A stretch of DNA of 64,000 nucleotides, taken from Dudresnaya verticillata (taxonomy: Eukaryota). The translations under genes were made by a program, and so were the position numbers. Numbering within the stretch: position 1 is the first letter of the stretch; every line of letters begins with the position of its first letter. Location of the stretch: contig OZ374557.1 of the NCBI GenBank assembly GCA_977862235.1, forward strand, positions 3,720,001-3,784,000, in the 5' to 3' direction. This document shows, piece by piece, positions 47,008 to 59,500 of the stretch. The notes below the pieces were generated by a model that worked only from the letters and a program-made list of their open reading frames with translations, made no database searches and had not been told where the DNA came from.

Positions 47008-47905
47008 TGTGGTGCAAGGGGAGGCGAGCCCTTTTTCGCTGAGAGCGGGCAGACCAAATACGTCGACCGACGGAGAAACCGCCACCGGCGCTCACCACCG
47101 CCGTTGGCGCGCGAACACGTCATCGACGGCTCACTGGGGCGCGCGCGCACACTGCGCGCCGCACGCCACGCGGGCACTGTACGGTGATGGACCGAAATGG
47201 CGCCCCGGGGCACTGTAATACGGATCCAGATGGGATCCGGATCCGGTATTCGGATTGGCTATCCGGATCGCCTAAGCTGTAAGATACGCGCCTGTAAGGC
47301 TGCCGGTGTTCGCATTACTGGCCCGATCCGGATGGGATCGGGATCGGACAGGTATCGGATTAGATCCAAGGCGCACGCTCTACAGTACGCGCGCGCGCAC
47401 GGCTGTAAGGCACACGCGTCCACATGTGTGTGTAAGTACCCACACAGGGGGTTGCACGGCAACCTGTCAGGTGCGCGGCTGCATGCAACGGGTGATCTGT
47501 CAGACGCGCCTCGGGACGACACCTGTCCCGAGTTCCCGCGCTACGCACGCGCACCGCCGCCGCACCGCCGTACTGTACTTAGTTAAGCCGTCCCACACGT
47601 AACAGTAGACGCCCGGGCAAGCCGGCCTTGGTCCAGACTTCCCCGTTCCGCACGCGCGTATCCTACCGATGCCTACGGCTCAAGCGTCTACCTCCCGTGC
47701 TTCCACGTCTATCATCGTCCTTGACGTGTTCCCTTTCTGTTTCCTTTTCCCTTCCTTTCCGCCTCGGGCGTTTACAGTCCGCCCAAGGCGTGTCCTTTGC
47801 TCTACCACAAGTCGCCCAAGGCGGGACTACTCACCGCCAAGGGCGCAGCTACCCACCGAGCCCCGAACTGCTCGGCGGTCTATCGTCTCAGACGTTTGCA
47901 CCACA
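47008..47905 (+). repeat. 5' LTR of Ty3/gypsy element C (898 bp)
   Basis: 10-bp terminal inverted repeat TGTGGTGCAA...TTGCACCACA, followed by the PBS at 47908. Confidence 0.88.
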
Positions 47906-47907
47906 TC

Positions 47908-47925
47908 TGGTCTCCCGACCTAGAA
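47908..47925 (+). promoter_or_regulatory. Primer-binding site of C (TGGTCTCCCGACCTAGAA)
   Basis: 2 nt after the LTR; identical to the B PBS. Confidence 0.9.
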
Positions 47926-48032
47926 TTGTGCTACGTTTCAACGAGTTACTCCGTCGTGCGACGTCCGACTCTCCATCTTCTGACGTTTGTCGCTAATCGT
48001 CCACGACGTTCAAGCAACTCTACGATTGTATC

Positions 48033-48850
48033 ATGGCCTCACGACCGCCGCCGTCGCGAGGCCCAAGTTCAAGAAGACCGTCTTCGACGCGTGGGAGTGT
48101 ACCCGCGTCAGAGCGGTCGCTACAGCGGATGACAACGAGGTCTGGGCGCCTCGTGAGCCCCGAGATCGCCTCGGCGTTCCCAACGCTATCCCCGGGCCAC
48201 GGCCACGCAGGCTCCCACGCGTCGTTCAACGGAGAAGAGTTACCTCCCCCGCCGACGCGCAACCCCGTCGTCGTCCGCACCTCAGTCCCCGAGGGATCGG
48301 CCCTCCGCACCTACCGCTCCTACGTTGACTCGGCTGATACAGTACAAGCCGAGCAACAGGACGTCGTAGACGGAACACAAGCCGACATCGTCGAGGGACA
48401 ACCGGAACTTCCGGATCAACCAACCATCCCCGTCAACGACGATCAAGGGCCCTCCGCGGAGCGCAACGTCGCTGACAAACCATTGAAACACGGGGCATGT
48501 TGCCCCACTCCCCACGGCAGTGCCGGCTGTTCGCCGGCTAAGCCGAAGTCGCCAAGTCAAAGGGCGCAAGGGACGCCCGACTGGTCAAACCGCGAAAGCC
48601 AACCGCCAACGGCGTCACCCTCGGCCGTCCGCGTGGGTAACTTAACGATACCACGCGAACGGATCCGAGAGGTGTGCGTCTTGGAGGACGATGCGATGCT
48701 CGCTAGATTCTCCGGGTTGCTGGACGACAGTGTCGGAGGAATCGCAAGTCGTCTACAGACGTTGGAAGAAGATCGGAATGGCGCCCTACAAGGGCTTCGA
48801 TCCGATCTCGACCGTCTATTGACGGACCAAAACGCAGCAACCGGGCGCGC
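48033..48850 (+). pseudogene. gag: N-terminal part of gag of element C (right end approximate; interrupted)
   Basis: ATG ORF MASRPPPSRG... just after the PBS; low complexity then coiled coil, like the gag N-termini of A and B. Confidence 0.6.
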
Positions 48851-49579
48851 CTCCAATATCATCGAGGGCGCAGAGGCGCCCTCACTTCTATGAGCGGCAT
48901 GCGACTTGAGCGTAGCGGTGCTCAGATCGTCTGGCGCTGCCGGACGGGACGCGTTTGCGGGCGCAGGGGCGCCCGCACCGGCATGTGTGGCAGGCTGGAC
49001 AGGCGCAGCGGCCCCGACCCCTATGGATTGAGCAGCAGGGCCAGCGGGCCCCACCTCTACCACGACGGCAGATGACGCGACTGCCGACGTTGGAGCCACT
49101 GCCCCGGGAGCAGTGTGCCCCTGGGGTTGTGGGGTGCCGCCACCGGTACTGTAGGCGCGGCCGTCGATGGCGCGTCCACGGCCGGTGGCGTAGCAGGAGC
49201 GGGCGCCCCTTCGGCAGGGGCGCCGCAAGATAGCAGAGACCAGTGCGTCTTTGCCATCCTCGGGTTACCACGCGTCGAGCGCGTGTGCGCGTTGATGAGT
49301 AGTGAGGGTGAAGGGAGAACAGAACAATAAACACAACAGCGGTCAGTGGTTTGCAGAGCGTGGGGCAAGGGAGAGTTGTGGAGAGTGATACCCGCAACCT
49401 TCCCAAGGCTTCCCACGTGGTGATCCTTATATGCGCAGCGGCACAGACGGTCGGGCACGCGCATACACCGTCGACGGGCGCGCGTGGCAAACGTTGCCAC
49501 CGGCCACTCGGGATTGCCATCGTGGCCGCGGGGAACCTGAGCGGCCGTGAGCGGGGCACTCACGCTTGAGGGGGGGCCG

Positions 49580-50459
49580 TGTAGCATAGCTGTCAGCACA
49601 CCATCAGTAGCGGCTGTAAGGTATGCTGGCAGCCCCGCACTATAATGCTGTCCACGATGACGCCCGTTGGCTAGTCGTGGTTGGGCAGCGTGCCCTTAGT
49701 TTTTGCGTTGATTTTAGTAGCACCATCAGTAGCGGCTGTAAGGTATGCTGGCAGCCCCGCACTATAATGCTGTCCACGATGACGCCCGTTGGCTAGTCGT
49801 GGTTGGGCAGCGTGCCCTTAGTTTTTGCGTTGATTTTAGTAGCGGTCGAGCGCATTGCTGCCGACAGCGGCCGCGCGCCGTGCCGCACACAGCGCACCCC
49901 AGTGACGCTCTCCGGCATCGAGCCGTTGAGGGCCGCTGCCCGTTACGCCCCGCGCGTGCCCACGGGTAACCGTTACCCGGACGTGTCGACACGTGTATGG
50001 GCGCGCGCTCGCACACCTCCCGCGTTGGTGTTGTGGGGCGCACCCACTGTATATTAGCCGTAGTGTACATAGCGTAGGGCATTTAAAACCGTCTGTCATC
50101 GACGGCTCAGTAAACCAGGCAAGCAAAAGCTCGGTCTGAAGCTTGCCCCCAGCCTTTTCGGGTTCTATCCCTTTGCCTTACGCCAGCGGGCGGTTTCCCC
50201 TCTTTCCCTGCCACGCTAGACTTTCCCTTTCCTTTTCTTTTTCCGGTCGGCTTCGTGTCGCCCTTCGACAGGGACGCTGGGATTCTGTCGCTGCCTACCC
50301 GCGTACTGTAGGCCTCGTGCGCGCTCCGGCATCGACGCCGTCAATCCGCACCTGCGGGGCCCGCACGCGGTCGACACCGCTCTACCACAAACAGGTACGG
50401 GTCTATGTGGCGGTTTTGGACCAGCGAGTATCAGACTTCGGATCGACCCGGCGTCTATA
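49580..50459 (+). repeat. 3' LTR of a family D (copia-associated) element with an internal 122-bp tandem duplication
   Basis: Preceded by PPT gaggggggg (49568-49576); homologous to LTR 55777-56544; 49599-49720 is repeated exactly at 49721-49842. Confidence 0.8.
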
Positions 50460-50464
50460 GTACA

Positions 50465-53400
50465 GTATTGGTCGCTCAAGAAGCTCAAGCTGACGGACCG
50501 TCGCTTCGACAAACTTCTATCGTATGCCGTTACTGGCTTCAGAACACGTCCTAAAAGAGAACGGGACGTGAAACGGGGAAGATCCGCGACCAGATACGCA
50601 GATTGGAACTGACAATGAGGGATAATACCTTCTCCCAGGAAGGCCCCGTTATGATTCTCGAGTTCCTCGCTCGCTTCGTCGACGAGGCGGACACCCTCGA
50701 AAGCTCCGAAGCCCAAACACTCCTGGCTGTGGGCTACTTTGTACGTGGGAAGCCGCTTCGCTTTTCCCCTGGGCCAATTCATCGCCGTCCAGCGCATCCG
50801 GAGGCCTCTCCGCCTGGGGAGAAGCCGTTAACTATCTGCTACTGACCTACGCGACGCCTAACGTAATTCGCGAAGAAGAAAATCTCGCGCTGCGTTCCAC
50901 CCGCCAAAGTCAGGGCGAAAAAGAAGCCAATTACGCAAGAGATTGAGCAAGACTTGCAGTCGCTGCGGGAATGCTTACCGGATGTGGGAGAAGATTAATA
51001 TCTTTGTTGATGTGCTTGACCGGGTATCCGCTCGCTGGTCGCGCGCTACCGAGAGGAGACACCTCGTGACGAGTTGTCTTTTGAACATCTTGTGCATTAT
51101 GGACAAGACGAAGGTGACGCGCACCAGGCAAGGCCCGGCCTTCCAATGAATAGAGCGCTACCGTTGACTGTTTCAAACCGTCACGAGAACAACCGGGTTT
51201 GTCCCCGTTCAAGGGCACTAGGCACCGAATCATCCGTGTAATTCCGCGATAGGAGTATTGGCACTCGTCATGAGCGAGAAGAAGCCGACGGCGAACTTCA
51301 CCTGTTCCAGTCGGATGCGTCGGTGCCGAAGACGGACCTACCAACGGACACAATCTCCGAGGATTCCGACCCCGCGCTAGCGTTTTATCAAAGGGGTGGA
51401 CCCCCGCGTAACGTCCCGGCCCCGCGTATTCCATACCAGGAACACGAGCGACACGTCGCACAGGAGCGGCCGGGATGGCAAGACCGCGGACCGAGCCGCG
51501 CAAGGGATAGGAATGCGCCTGGACCGCATATCATCTGCTTCACGTACTACACGAGGAACCACCTGTCCACTGAGTGTGTACACCCCTTCAGTGGTCCGGA
51601 GTCGGGGTCCGCAACTTCGAGGCGCTGGCGGCGGAAGAACAAGTGCGGGTCTGCCGCAATTCTTATGCCCAAGCTGTGGAACGCGTCGCAATTCGACGCT
51701 GTCAAGCAGGGGCTGAACCCCTTCCTCAAGCCGCCGACAGACACCCGCTGGTGCTACGTCGCGAGGACACCGCGGTCAACCGCGCCCAGGGAAACTAATA
51801 GGGGTTCCTGGCCCCATGGCTGGAGAGTCAGTCTATTCCTCGTCGACAGACGGGAGTCGGGGTGAGGAACCGAACCACTTACCGGGGATATCCCCGCCGA
51901 TGTCCAATCCACCAACGGACATCTCCGACGCGGAAAAAGGCGCGAAGACCTACCCCCTTGTGCCGTACGTGGCACAGGGTGCGGCAGCATCGAGATACCG
52001 ACGATGTCTGCGTGTTCGTGAAGCGCAACTTTAAGGTATATGCCGAAATGGGCGCAAGAATAGGACTGCTCGATCGTAAGTTTAGCGTCCTTGACACAGG
52101 TGCAGGACCCAATTTCATCCGGAAGTCAGAATGTCCACCGGCGATGAACTCCGAAATCAAGTCCGTGTACCTACCCACGGTCGCAGACGCGAATAACAAG
52201 CCGATACCGACGTTAGGCACGATTGAACTCATGGTTCGCCTCGGTCCCCGCGTCGTTAAGCTTGACTTCATCGTGTGTGAGCGGTTAGCTGCGCCAGTCA
52301 TTCTGGGTTGCAACGTTTGTGACCGGTTTGTCGAGGCCATGCCCATAACCCTCGTACCAAGGAAGTCGAACTCGACGACGGAACACTGGTACCGATAACC
52401 CAACTGCCGATGAAGCGCCCTCCGTCCTACGGGCCGTTACCAGCAGCTCAAGAGTTCTGTAAAACCGGGGGACGATCCTCGCAAAAAGTACGCAAGGCTT
52501 TGAAGACCACCCTTCCTGCGCAATCTCAGACGTGGGTTACTGTCACCACGGGTCGGGTTGGAGTTCTTTTTCTCTACCCCAGCAATACGCCGTACGACTG
52601 GAAGGCGTAATAGCCACTAATAGCATTTCCGAGGTCGAACCCTCGCGTCCGTTCCGGATTCTACTCGCGAACTTCTCGCGTCAGGTGCAAGCACTGGCGT
52701 AAGGCCAAGTCGTGGCGATAGCCCTCCCGCACCTCAAAGCAATCATCCGGGGTCATCTACAGCTTGTGGATGTGTTGGGGTTGACGGAAGTCGCCAAAGA
52801 CGCCAAGCCGGGGGGACGCCGCAGTCAGAAGTACGAGAAGCGGAAATCCCCGAGAAACCACCCACTGTTGAGGGCCTTGACCTGTCGCACTTTCCACTGG
52901 TAAGTCAAGCACGTATGAGGGGGCTCCAAGGGGAAATATTCGTCTATGTGGGACGGGAAATTGGGTGAGATTAACACCACCGAACACTACATCGATTTGC
53001 TTCCAGGGTTGTGTCCCTTTTCGTCGCCACCGTATCGCGCAGGTCCGAAACAGCGCGAGCTGAAACAAACCGAAGTGGAGCGGATGCTCCGCGCCGGGGT
53101 AATCAAACCCGCACAGTCACCCTGGGCATCCCCAGTTGTGCTCGCGCCTAAGAATGATGGCACCTTGCGATTTTGCGTCCACTACCGACGGTTGAACGCC
53201 CTCACGGTGCGAGAGACCTACCGGCTTCCATGGATGGACGAGTGCATCCACTCGCTCGGAGATGCATCGGCATTCACGACGTTGGGATGCAACTCTGGGT
53301 ATTGCCAGATCCCCATTGCACCCCGCGATCGTGACAAAATCACGTTTACCTGTCACGCGGGTCTGTTCCGCTACCGTCGAATGCCATTCGGGCTCACTAA

Positions 53401-54690
53401 CGCGCCCGCTACATTTCAGCGCATATTGGATATACTCCTGTCGGGAGTCAAGTGGAGGACGTGCCTTGTTTATCTAAACGACGTTATTATTTACTCTCGG
53501 GATATCGATTCACACTATCAACACGTAGAGGAACTCTTCGCTACGCTACAGAAAGCAGGGGTGACCCTGAAGCTCAAGAAATTTGACTTCTTCACGGATA
53601 AAGTCACCTATCTCGGACACGTGATAAGACCCGGTCAACTTGGTATCGACCAAACCGCGGTTGCAGCATTACGAGAGGCACAATACACTTGAAACCAGAC
53701 GGAGTTGCGCTCCTGTTTCGGTCTCTGCAATGTCTACCGGCGGTTTGTCCCCTATTATGCACACGTCACTGCTCCGCTTAACAAGTTGTTCAAGAAGGAC
53801 CAGCCGGTGAATTTGGAACAACTCGGCGTTGAAGAAGACGCGGAATTCCGCGCGCTCATCAAGGCGGTGATCGAACCATCAATTTTGGGCTTACCGAAGC
53901 CGCGGCTCGCATACTCCGTCGACACTGACGCCAGTCAGTATCAAGTAGGGTGTGTCTGTTTCAAACGATCATTGAAGGGTAACGGCGCTCACTCAGGTAT
54001 TTCTCCCGGTCGCTGACACCAGCGGAGAAAAACTATTCAGTATCCGAGCAGGAGTGTCTCGCTGTCGTGTGGGCCGTCACCACGTTGAGACCGTACCCCC
54101 AGTTGGAGCACTTCAAGATCCACACTGAACATTCGTCACTGAGAAGGCCCATGGAGATCAATGACCCGTCTGGTCGGCTGGTGCGATGGCGTCTACGCCT
54201 TTCGGAATTCGACTTAATGGGGGGCGGTATTGCCCTTTGGCGCTAATGATGACTGAATTCTAGTCCGGACAGTCGCGGCTGATTTCCAGGTTGTGATTCC
54301 ATTTGTGCTTCGAGCACGTATCCTACACATGACCCATCATGAGAAGATCGCCAGTCATCCGGGTGGACGCAAGCTTTTCTACTCTCTACGCCACCACTTC
54401 TATTGGCATTCAATGACAGTGGATTTCTACACCACGGTTCGGAACTGCGTCACGTGCGCGAGCAATGGAGTGAAACTACGACGTGTGTGCAAGTATTTAC
54501 GGTTATTCCCGGAGACAGTGCCGTTTGAACAGGTTTCGATTGACCTTCTCGGAGAACTCATCCGGTCTAAGCGCATCAATCGATTCCTACTCGTTATCGT
54601 GGACATACATTCAAAGCTAACGCAGACTATACCGCTCAAGAGTACATCCTCGATGGAGATTGCGAAGGCGTTCGTACACCATTGGGGATC
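50465..54690 (+). pseudogene. pol: Decayed gypsy gag-pol (likely continuation of C): gag core, PR, RT, RNaseH, partial INT
   Basis: FSQEGPVMILEFLARF (gag), VLDTGAGPNFIR, MPFGLTNAPATFQ, YLNDVII, VDTDASQYQVG, ASHPGG..CVTC. Many stops and frameshifts; truncated in INT. Confidence 0.88.
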
Positions 54691-55776
54691 AAATGCTTCC
54701 GAGAGCAGAAGCGTCGGAAGGGCTGTCCGCTCGACAACGAATCCCCTCCACCCGCCTCCTCGGCGGGGGAGCTTCGTGCTTGAGGAAGGGGCACAGGCAT
54801 TTATCGCCCTTTTACTTCGAGAGGACCTTGAGGCCCCTAAATCCCACAGCACGGGGACGCCCTGCGGCTACCTAAGCCGACGACGAAGTCGTTTTGGGCT
54901 AAGTAGACAACGAAGTATTTTTTGGAAAGGCGCCCACGTCACACCGACAGCAGAGGCCGGAGTACAGGATGATACTGCGCACAGCGCAAGGGTGAAGATG
55001 CCGGGCACTACGTCTAATAACGTCATCAGCTCGAGGCTTCACAGCGGCGAGCCCGGCCATGCAAAAGCTAACCCATATCGACACGGGTTAGCCAACTGAC
55101 GTCTACGTCAGGTATGCGCGCAAACCCCAACGCCGAGCGGCAGAGGCCTATGCGAAGCGTGCGGATGAGCGCGCGGGGTCACTGCAGCCATGGCAGTCGT
55201 TTCATTCGCACACGAGCGACAGGCGTCTAAACCACCTCACCAAGCCACGCTGGGTTAGGCCAGAACATTCGACGTCGACGTGGAATGGCTCGCTCGCAAG
55301 CAGAACAAGGAAGGCGTCGACGACCCTTTTGGTATTACACATTGCGCCGCTCTCGCGCGCAACAGAGCCCCCTGGCGTGTAGCCGGATGGGGCGCCAACA
55401 CTCGCTATTTCCCACGCCGATGGGAAACGCTAAAGCCAAGAAGGCGGGCTCCCCGGGTTGAATCGTACCGCTTCGGCATATGAGCGGCACAATTACCTGG
55501 ACGGTGGAAAGGCAAGGGGCGTTCAAGGCAGAAGCCCAGTCACCGCCGAATATTAACCCATGCGCGCACGCTGACTCCCAAATGTGGGACGGGTGTGCTC
55601 AATTGCAGAAGCTCTGGTTCTTGTTCAGGTTACAGTGGCTACTGTAGCGAAGAAACTTAAGCATTGCGATTGTCCAATGGGTTATACACTCCTGGGCCTC
55701 TACGCAATTATCACGGGGCATCGAAGCCCCTGGAACGGGGTTGGTTTCCCAAACCGCCGTCCTACGCGCTCACTGG

Positions 55777-56544
55777 TGTAGTATAGCTGTCAGTACCCCA
55801 ACAGCAGCGGCTGTTAGGAGTGTGTTCGGCTGCGGACTGTAATGGTGCGCATGACGAAGCCCGCTGACCAGTCTTATTTGGGCAGCGAGTCCGTTAGTGT
55901 TTTCGCTGATTTTAGAGGCGGTCGATCGCCTTGTTGTGAGCAGCGGCCGCGCACCGTCCAGCACACGGCGCGCCCCAGTGGCGCTCTCCGGCATCGAGCC
56001 GTTGAGAGGACCGCTGCCCGTTACGCCCCATGCGCGCCCACGGGTAGCTGTAACCCGGAGGTGTCAACACGTGTATGGGCTCGCGCGCACACACCTCCTG
56101 CTTTGGTGCTGTAGAGGCGAATTCACTGTAAGAATAGCTCTAGGTGTACATAGTCTAGATTATTTAAGGCCGTCTGTCGTCGACGGCTCAGAAAAGCGCG
56201 AAAGCAACTGCTCGCACTGAAGCTTGCCTCTAGATTTTCTGGTTCAACCCCTTTCCTCTACGCCAGCGGGCTGTTCTCCGTTTCCCTCGCCTCGCTAGGC
56301 TTTCCTTATTCCTTTTGATTTCCCGTCGGCTTCGTGCCGCCCTTCAACAGAGGCGCTGGGGTGCGGCCGCTGCTTAACCGCGTACGGTACGCCCCGTGCG
56401 CGCTCCAGCATCGATGCCGTCGATCCGCACCTGCGGGGCGCAGGCGGTCGACATCGCTCTACCACACTAAGTTACCCATCGACGGGTCTTTGTGGCGGCT
56501 TGGGGCCAGTGTTCGGTAGATATCGGATCGACCCGAATGCTACA
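55777..56544 (+). repeat. 5' LTR of Ty1/copia element D
   Basis: TGTAG...CTACA ends; followed by a TGG-starting putative PBS (tgggcctaagctctgag, 56547) and the gag start. Confidence 0.8.
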
Positions 56545-56582
56545 ACTGGGCCTAAGCTCTGAGTCCGTTCACGACTTAAGCC

Positions 56583-59500
56583 ATGGTACTAGCGTCCCAC
56601 CCAACCCATCGACGGGTTTGGCACCAAGGCGGTATCAGCGGGCGTACCTCGACTAAAGCGACGGAGGGGCGGCAGGCGTCGAAGCGACTATCCCTACTGC
56701 AGCTGTCGCCACGCGCTACAGTACGTCTTGTGGGTTCGCGTCGACGAGAGCACCCCCGCCCCCCGCTAGCGGCGGCGGCGGAGGAGGTTAGATGATCACA
56801 AGCGCTCGACTCACTTCAGGTCCCACTGCGGAGGCACTTCCAGTAGCGCTCCCCGTCGATGTGACGCTCCTTGCATACTATTCAAACAGGTAATCACCAA
56901 GCCATGGCGTCGAAGCCGGCCGTAAGGAACGTCACCCGCTATGGAGCAGTTCGGGAACGATGGAACCCGTAGTGGAGTGGGGCATCAAAGCCTCACCACC
57001 CGCTAAATGAGCCTAGCTCGCACTCAGCCGCGCGGTCAAAGGTGCAGCTGTTGAAACCCCGTCGACGAGGACCGATGTATCCGACCACCCCTTACCTTTT
57101 AATAAGAAACGCAGCGGCAGTCTTAAAACTATCAAGGCGATGCACCGCCTCGAACTAGGATGCTTCAAACGTACATGCCACTATGGCATAAGTATTGGGC
57201 GGCTCCCTAAGACCAACGCCGAGAAAGACGAGCGCAGAGCCCGCAGCCCAGGCATCTCAGACACAAAGCCCTCTACCGCAGGCAAGATAGCAGTCTGCAC
57301 CGGAGAAGCACTCACTGCGGGACGCGGGGGCGCCGAGCTCCATAAGCCAATGTGGCATCAGTTATGGGGCCTGCAGGGCGGTAAGGGCCCATCGACAGGC
57401 CCCATCATCGGAATTACCGCTTCCTATTTGCTGCGGGTACGACGCCAGAAGCTGCCGACGGCGCGACTACGGTACCCAATAGGGCCGGACGGCCCCGGGG
57501 CACACGATGGTATAGATCCCATCGACGCATACCCCACTGGTGGAGGCTGGTACTCCTCCCGTAGCTTCTTGCGGACCGGAACATGAGACATGCGCTGGAC
57601 TTCCCCCTGAAGCCTCTGCATATCACGGTAAAAGCCGTCCCGCTCTCCGCGGTAGCGAACCGCGACTGCGTTCGAGATATTGACATCCTCCTGCAGCGCC
57701 ACTGCGCTAGACGCCAGGGCCTGTATGAGCGCTCGTATCGACACCCATTGCCCAACGCACACCAAGGAGGCTACACTGCGCATATTCCGGTCGGCCCAGA
57801 CTGCTCCACCTACCGCCTTGTCCAATGGGTGACCACAGATGGGGCGGAACATAAGCCATCGACGGCTGCCCAGACGGGCCCGGTCGAGTTTGATACACCC
57901 CCGCGGGAGAAGCCAGTGGAGGGAGGTCCTGAGGCGACCACACATTTGCCGCAATGGCGGCGGACGCACGACATACAGCTCTCTTGGGTGGCGTCGGGAT
58001 GTACTATTCGGTCTCCGACGCCAACTAGTCTCTTCAGATGCGTCAGCTGGAACTATTGACCACAGGTGTCAAGATCCGGTCCACTTTCACCGGACTGACT
58101 GAAGATGGCTATCAACCCAGTCAAGCTGGGATTCAGACGAACATGCTTCAGTATGGAAGAAACCCGCGCCATCTTTCATGCCCAGGATTCAATAGCAAGA
58201 CCAACAGCCATGGTCGCACCACTCATTTCCAGCCGCGTAACAAATCCAATCAAACTGGACAGCGAACGTTTGCAGAGGCTCGCCGTCGCAATGAGTGCTA
58301 TCGTTGTAGTGCTAGTAACTGGACCCCGAGTCACCGTTGTGCCAAAGGATCCATCCATGCCAACATTCGAAACCGTATCAAGCAAGGCGAAAACTCCACA
58401 TACATAGTGGCCTCCCTTTTTGAAGACACGGAGCAAGTTCTCACCACTCAAAATGATGAGAAGGAAGAGTACCCCACACATTTTGGGGCAGTGACTGAGA
58501 CTGAGCTGGATCCCTTCGACTCAGCCCTAGGACTTTCCGACTCGGAAACCCATACCGGCTTCGTGAACCCAATAGACGTTGTCGATCAAGACATCTTCAC
58601 GAACCATGTCTCCACTGCCATGGCACCCGACCACACGCCAGGTAACTACCAGGATTTTCGGGACGGCGAGAAGACAATTTGATGCAACAACCTTGTCGCC
58701 CAAGATCTAAGCGATTGCTGAACTGCTATCCCAAGGCCATACCCAAGCATTGTTCCGCACCAGGCTCTTGTGCAAGAACAGACATCAGGATGGTTGACAT
58801 CCACGTCGGTTCACTAGGCAAAGAAGCGCGCACTTCCAGACGCAATGGCTTCTGTGTAGACATTGGTGCTCCGAAGTAAGTTGTTGGACGCAAGGAGATG
58901 AATCGCATTTTGAACGCAGTTGGCATGCATACTCGTCGCTTCATGCCATCACAAAACCGTTTCAGATTCGCAGACGCGACTTACAACTGGCTAGGACGCG
59001 TATCCATTCCACTTGCAACTCCTTCAGGTGTAACCTGCATCGGCGTGGAGATGGACGTCGTTGAGGCTGACATACCCGCACTTCTCGGTATGGACGTACT
59101 GGAAAAGCACTCACCTACGCCGTGCACAGTCTCCAACCAGTTGATGAAGCGTACAACGCTCAGAGATGCGGAAGTAAAGCTGGTATACCTCAATGAGTGG
59201 CAGGTACCACTGCAATAGTCACGCAGTAACCATCTTTATATGCAAATGAGCTTCACAACAGCAAGCTACTTCACTGTTCCCCAACTGAAGAAACTCCATA
59301 GGCAGTTCTACCACGTCAGTGCACAGAAACTGTACAACCTTATCAAGCGAGCGAGACCTGATCAAGCCACGCCTGAGAGTTTGAAGACACTTCAAGACAT
59401 TTCGAAGCGTTCTGATCCGTGTCAACCAATCGGGCATGCTCCGCATCGTTTTCGTGTTTCATTTGGAGCTGAAGACCTTCGATTCAACGAGCTCATCTTC

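Noticed and set aside
54690..55776. Third homologue of the antisense accessory ORF
   Set aside because: Protein-like broken frames with only faint resemblance (VAGWGANTRY vs VVRWDETSNY); insufficient evidence.
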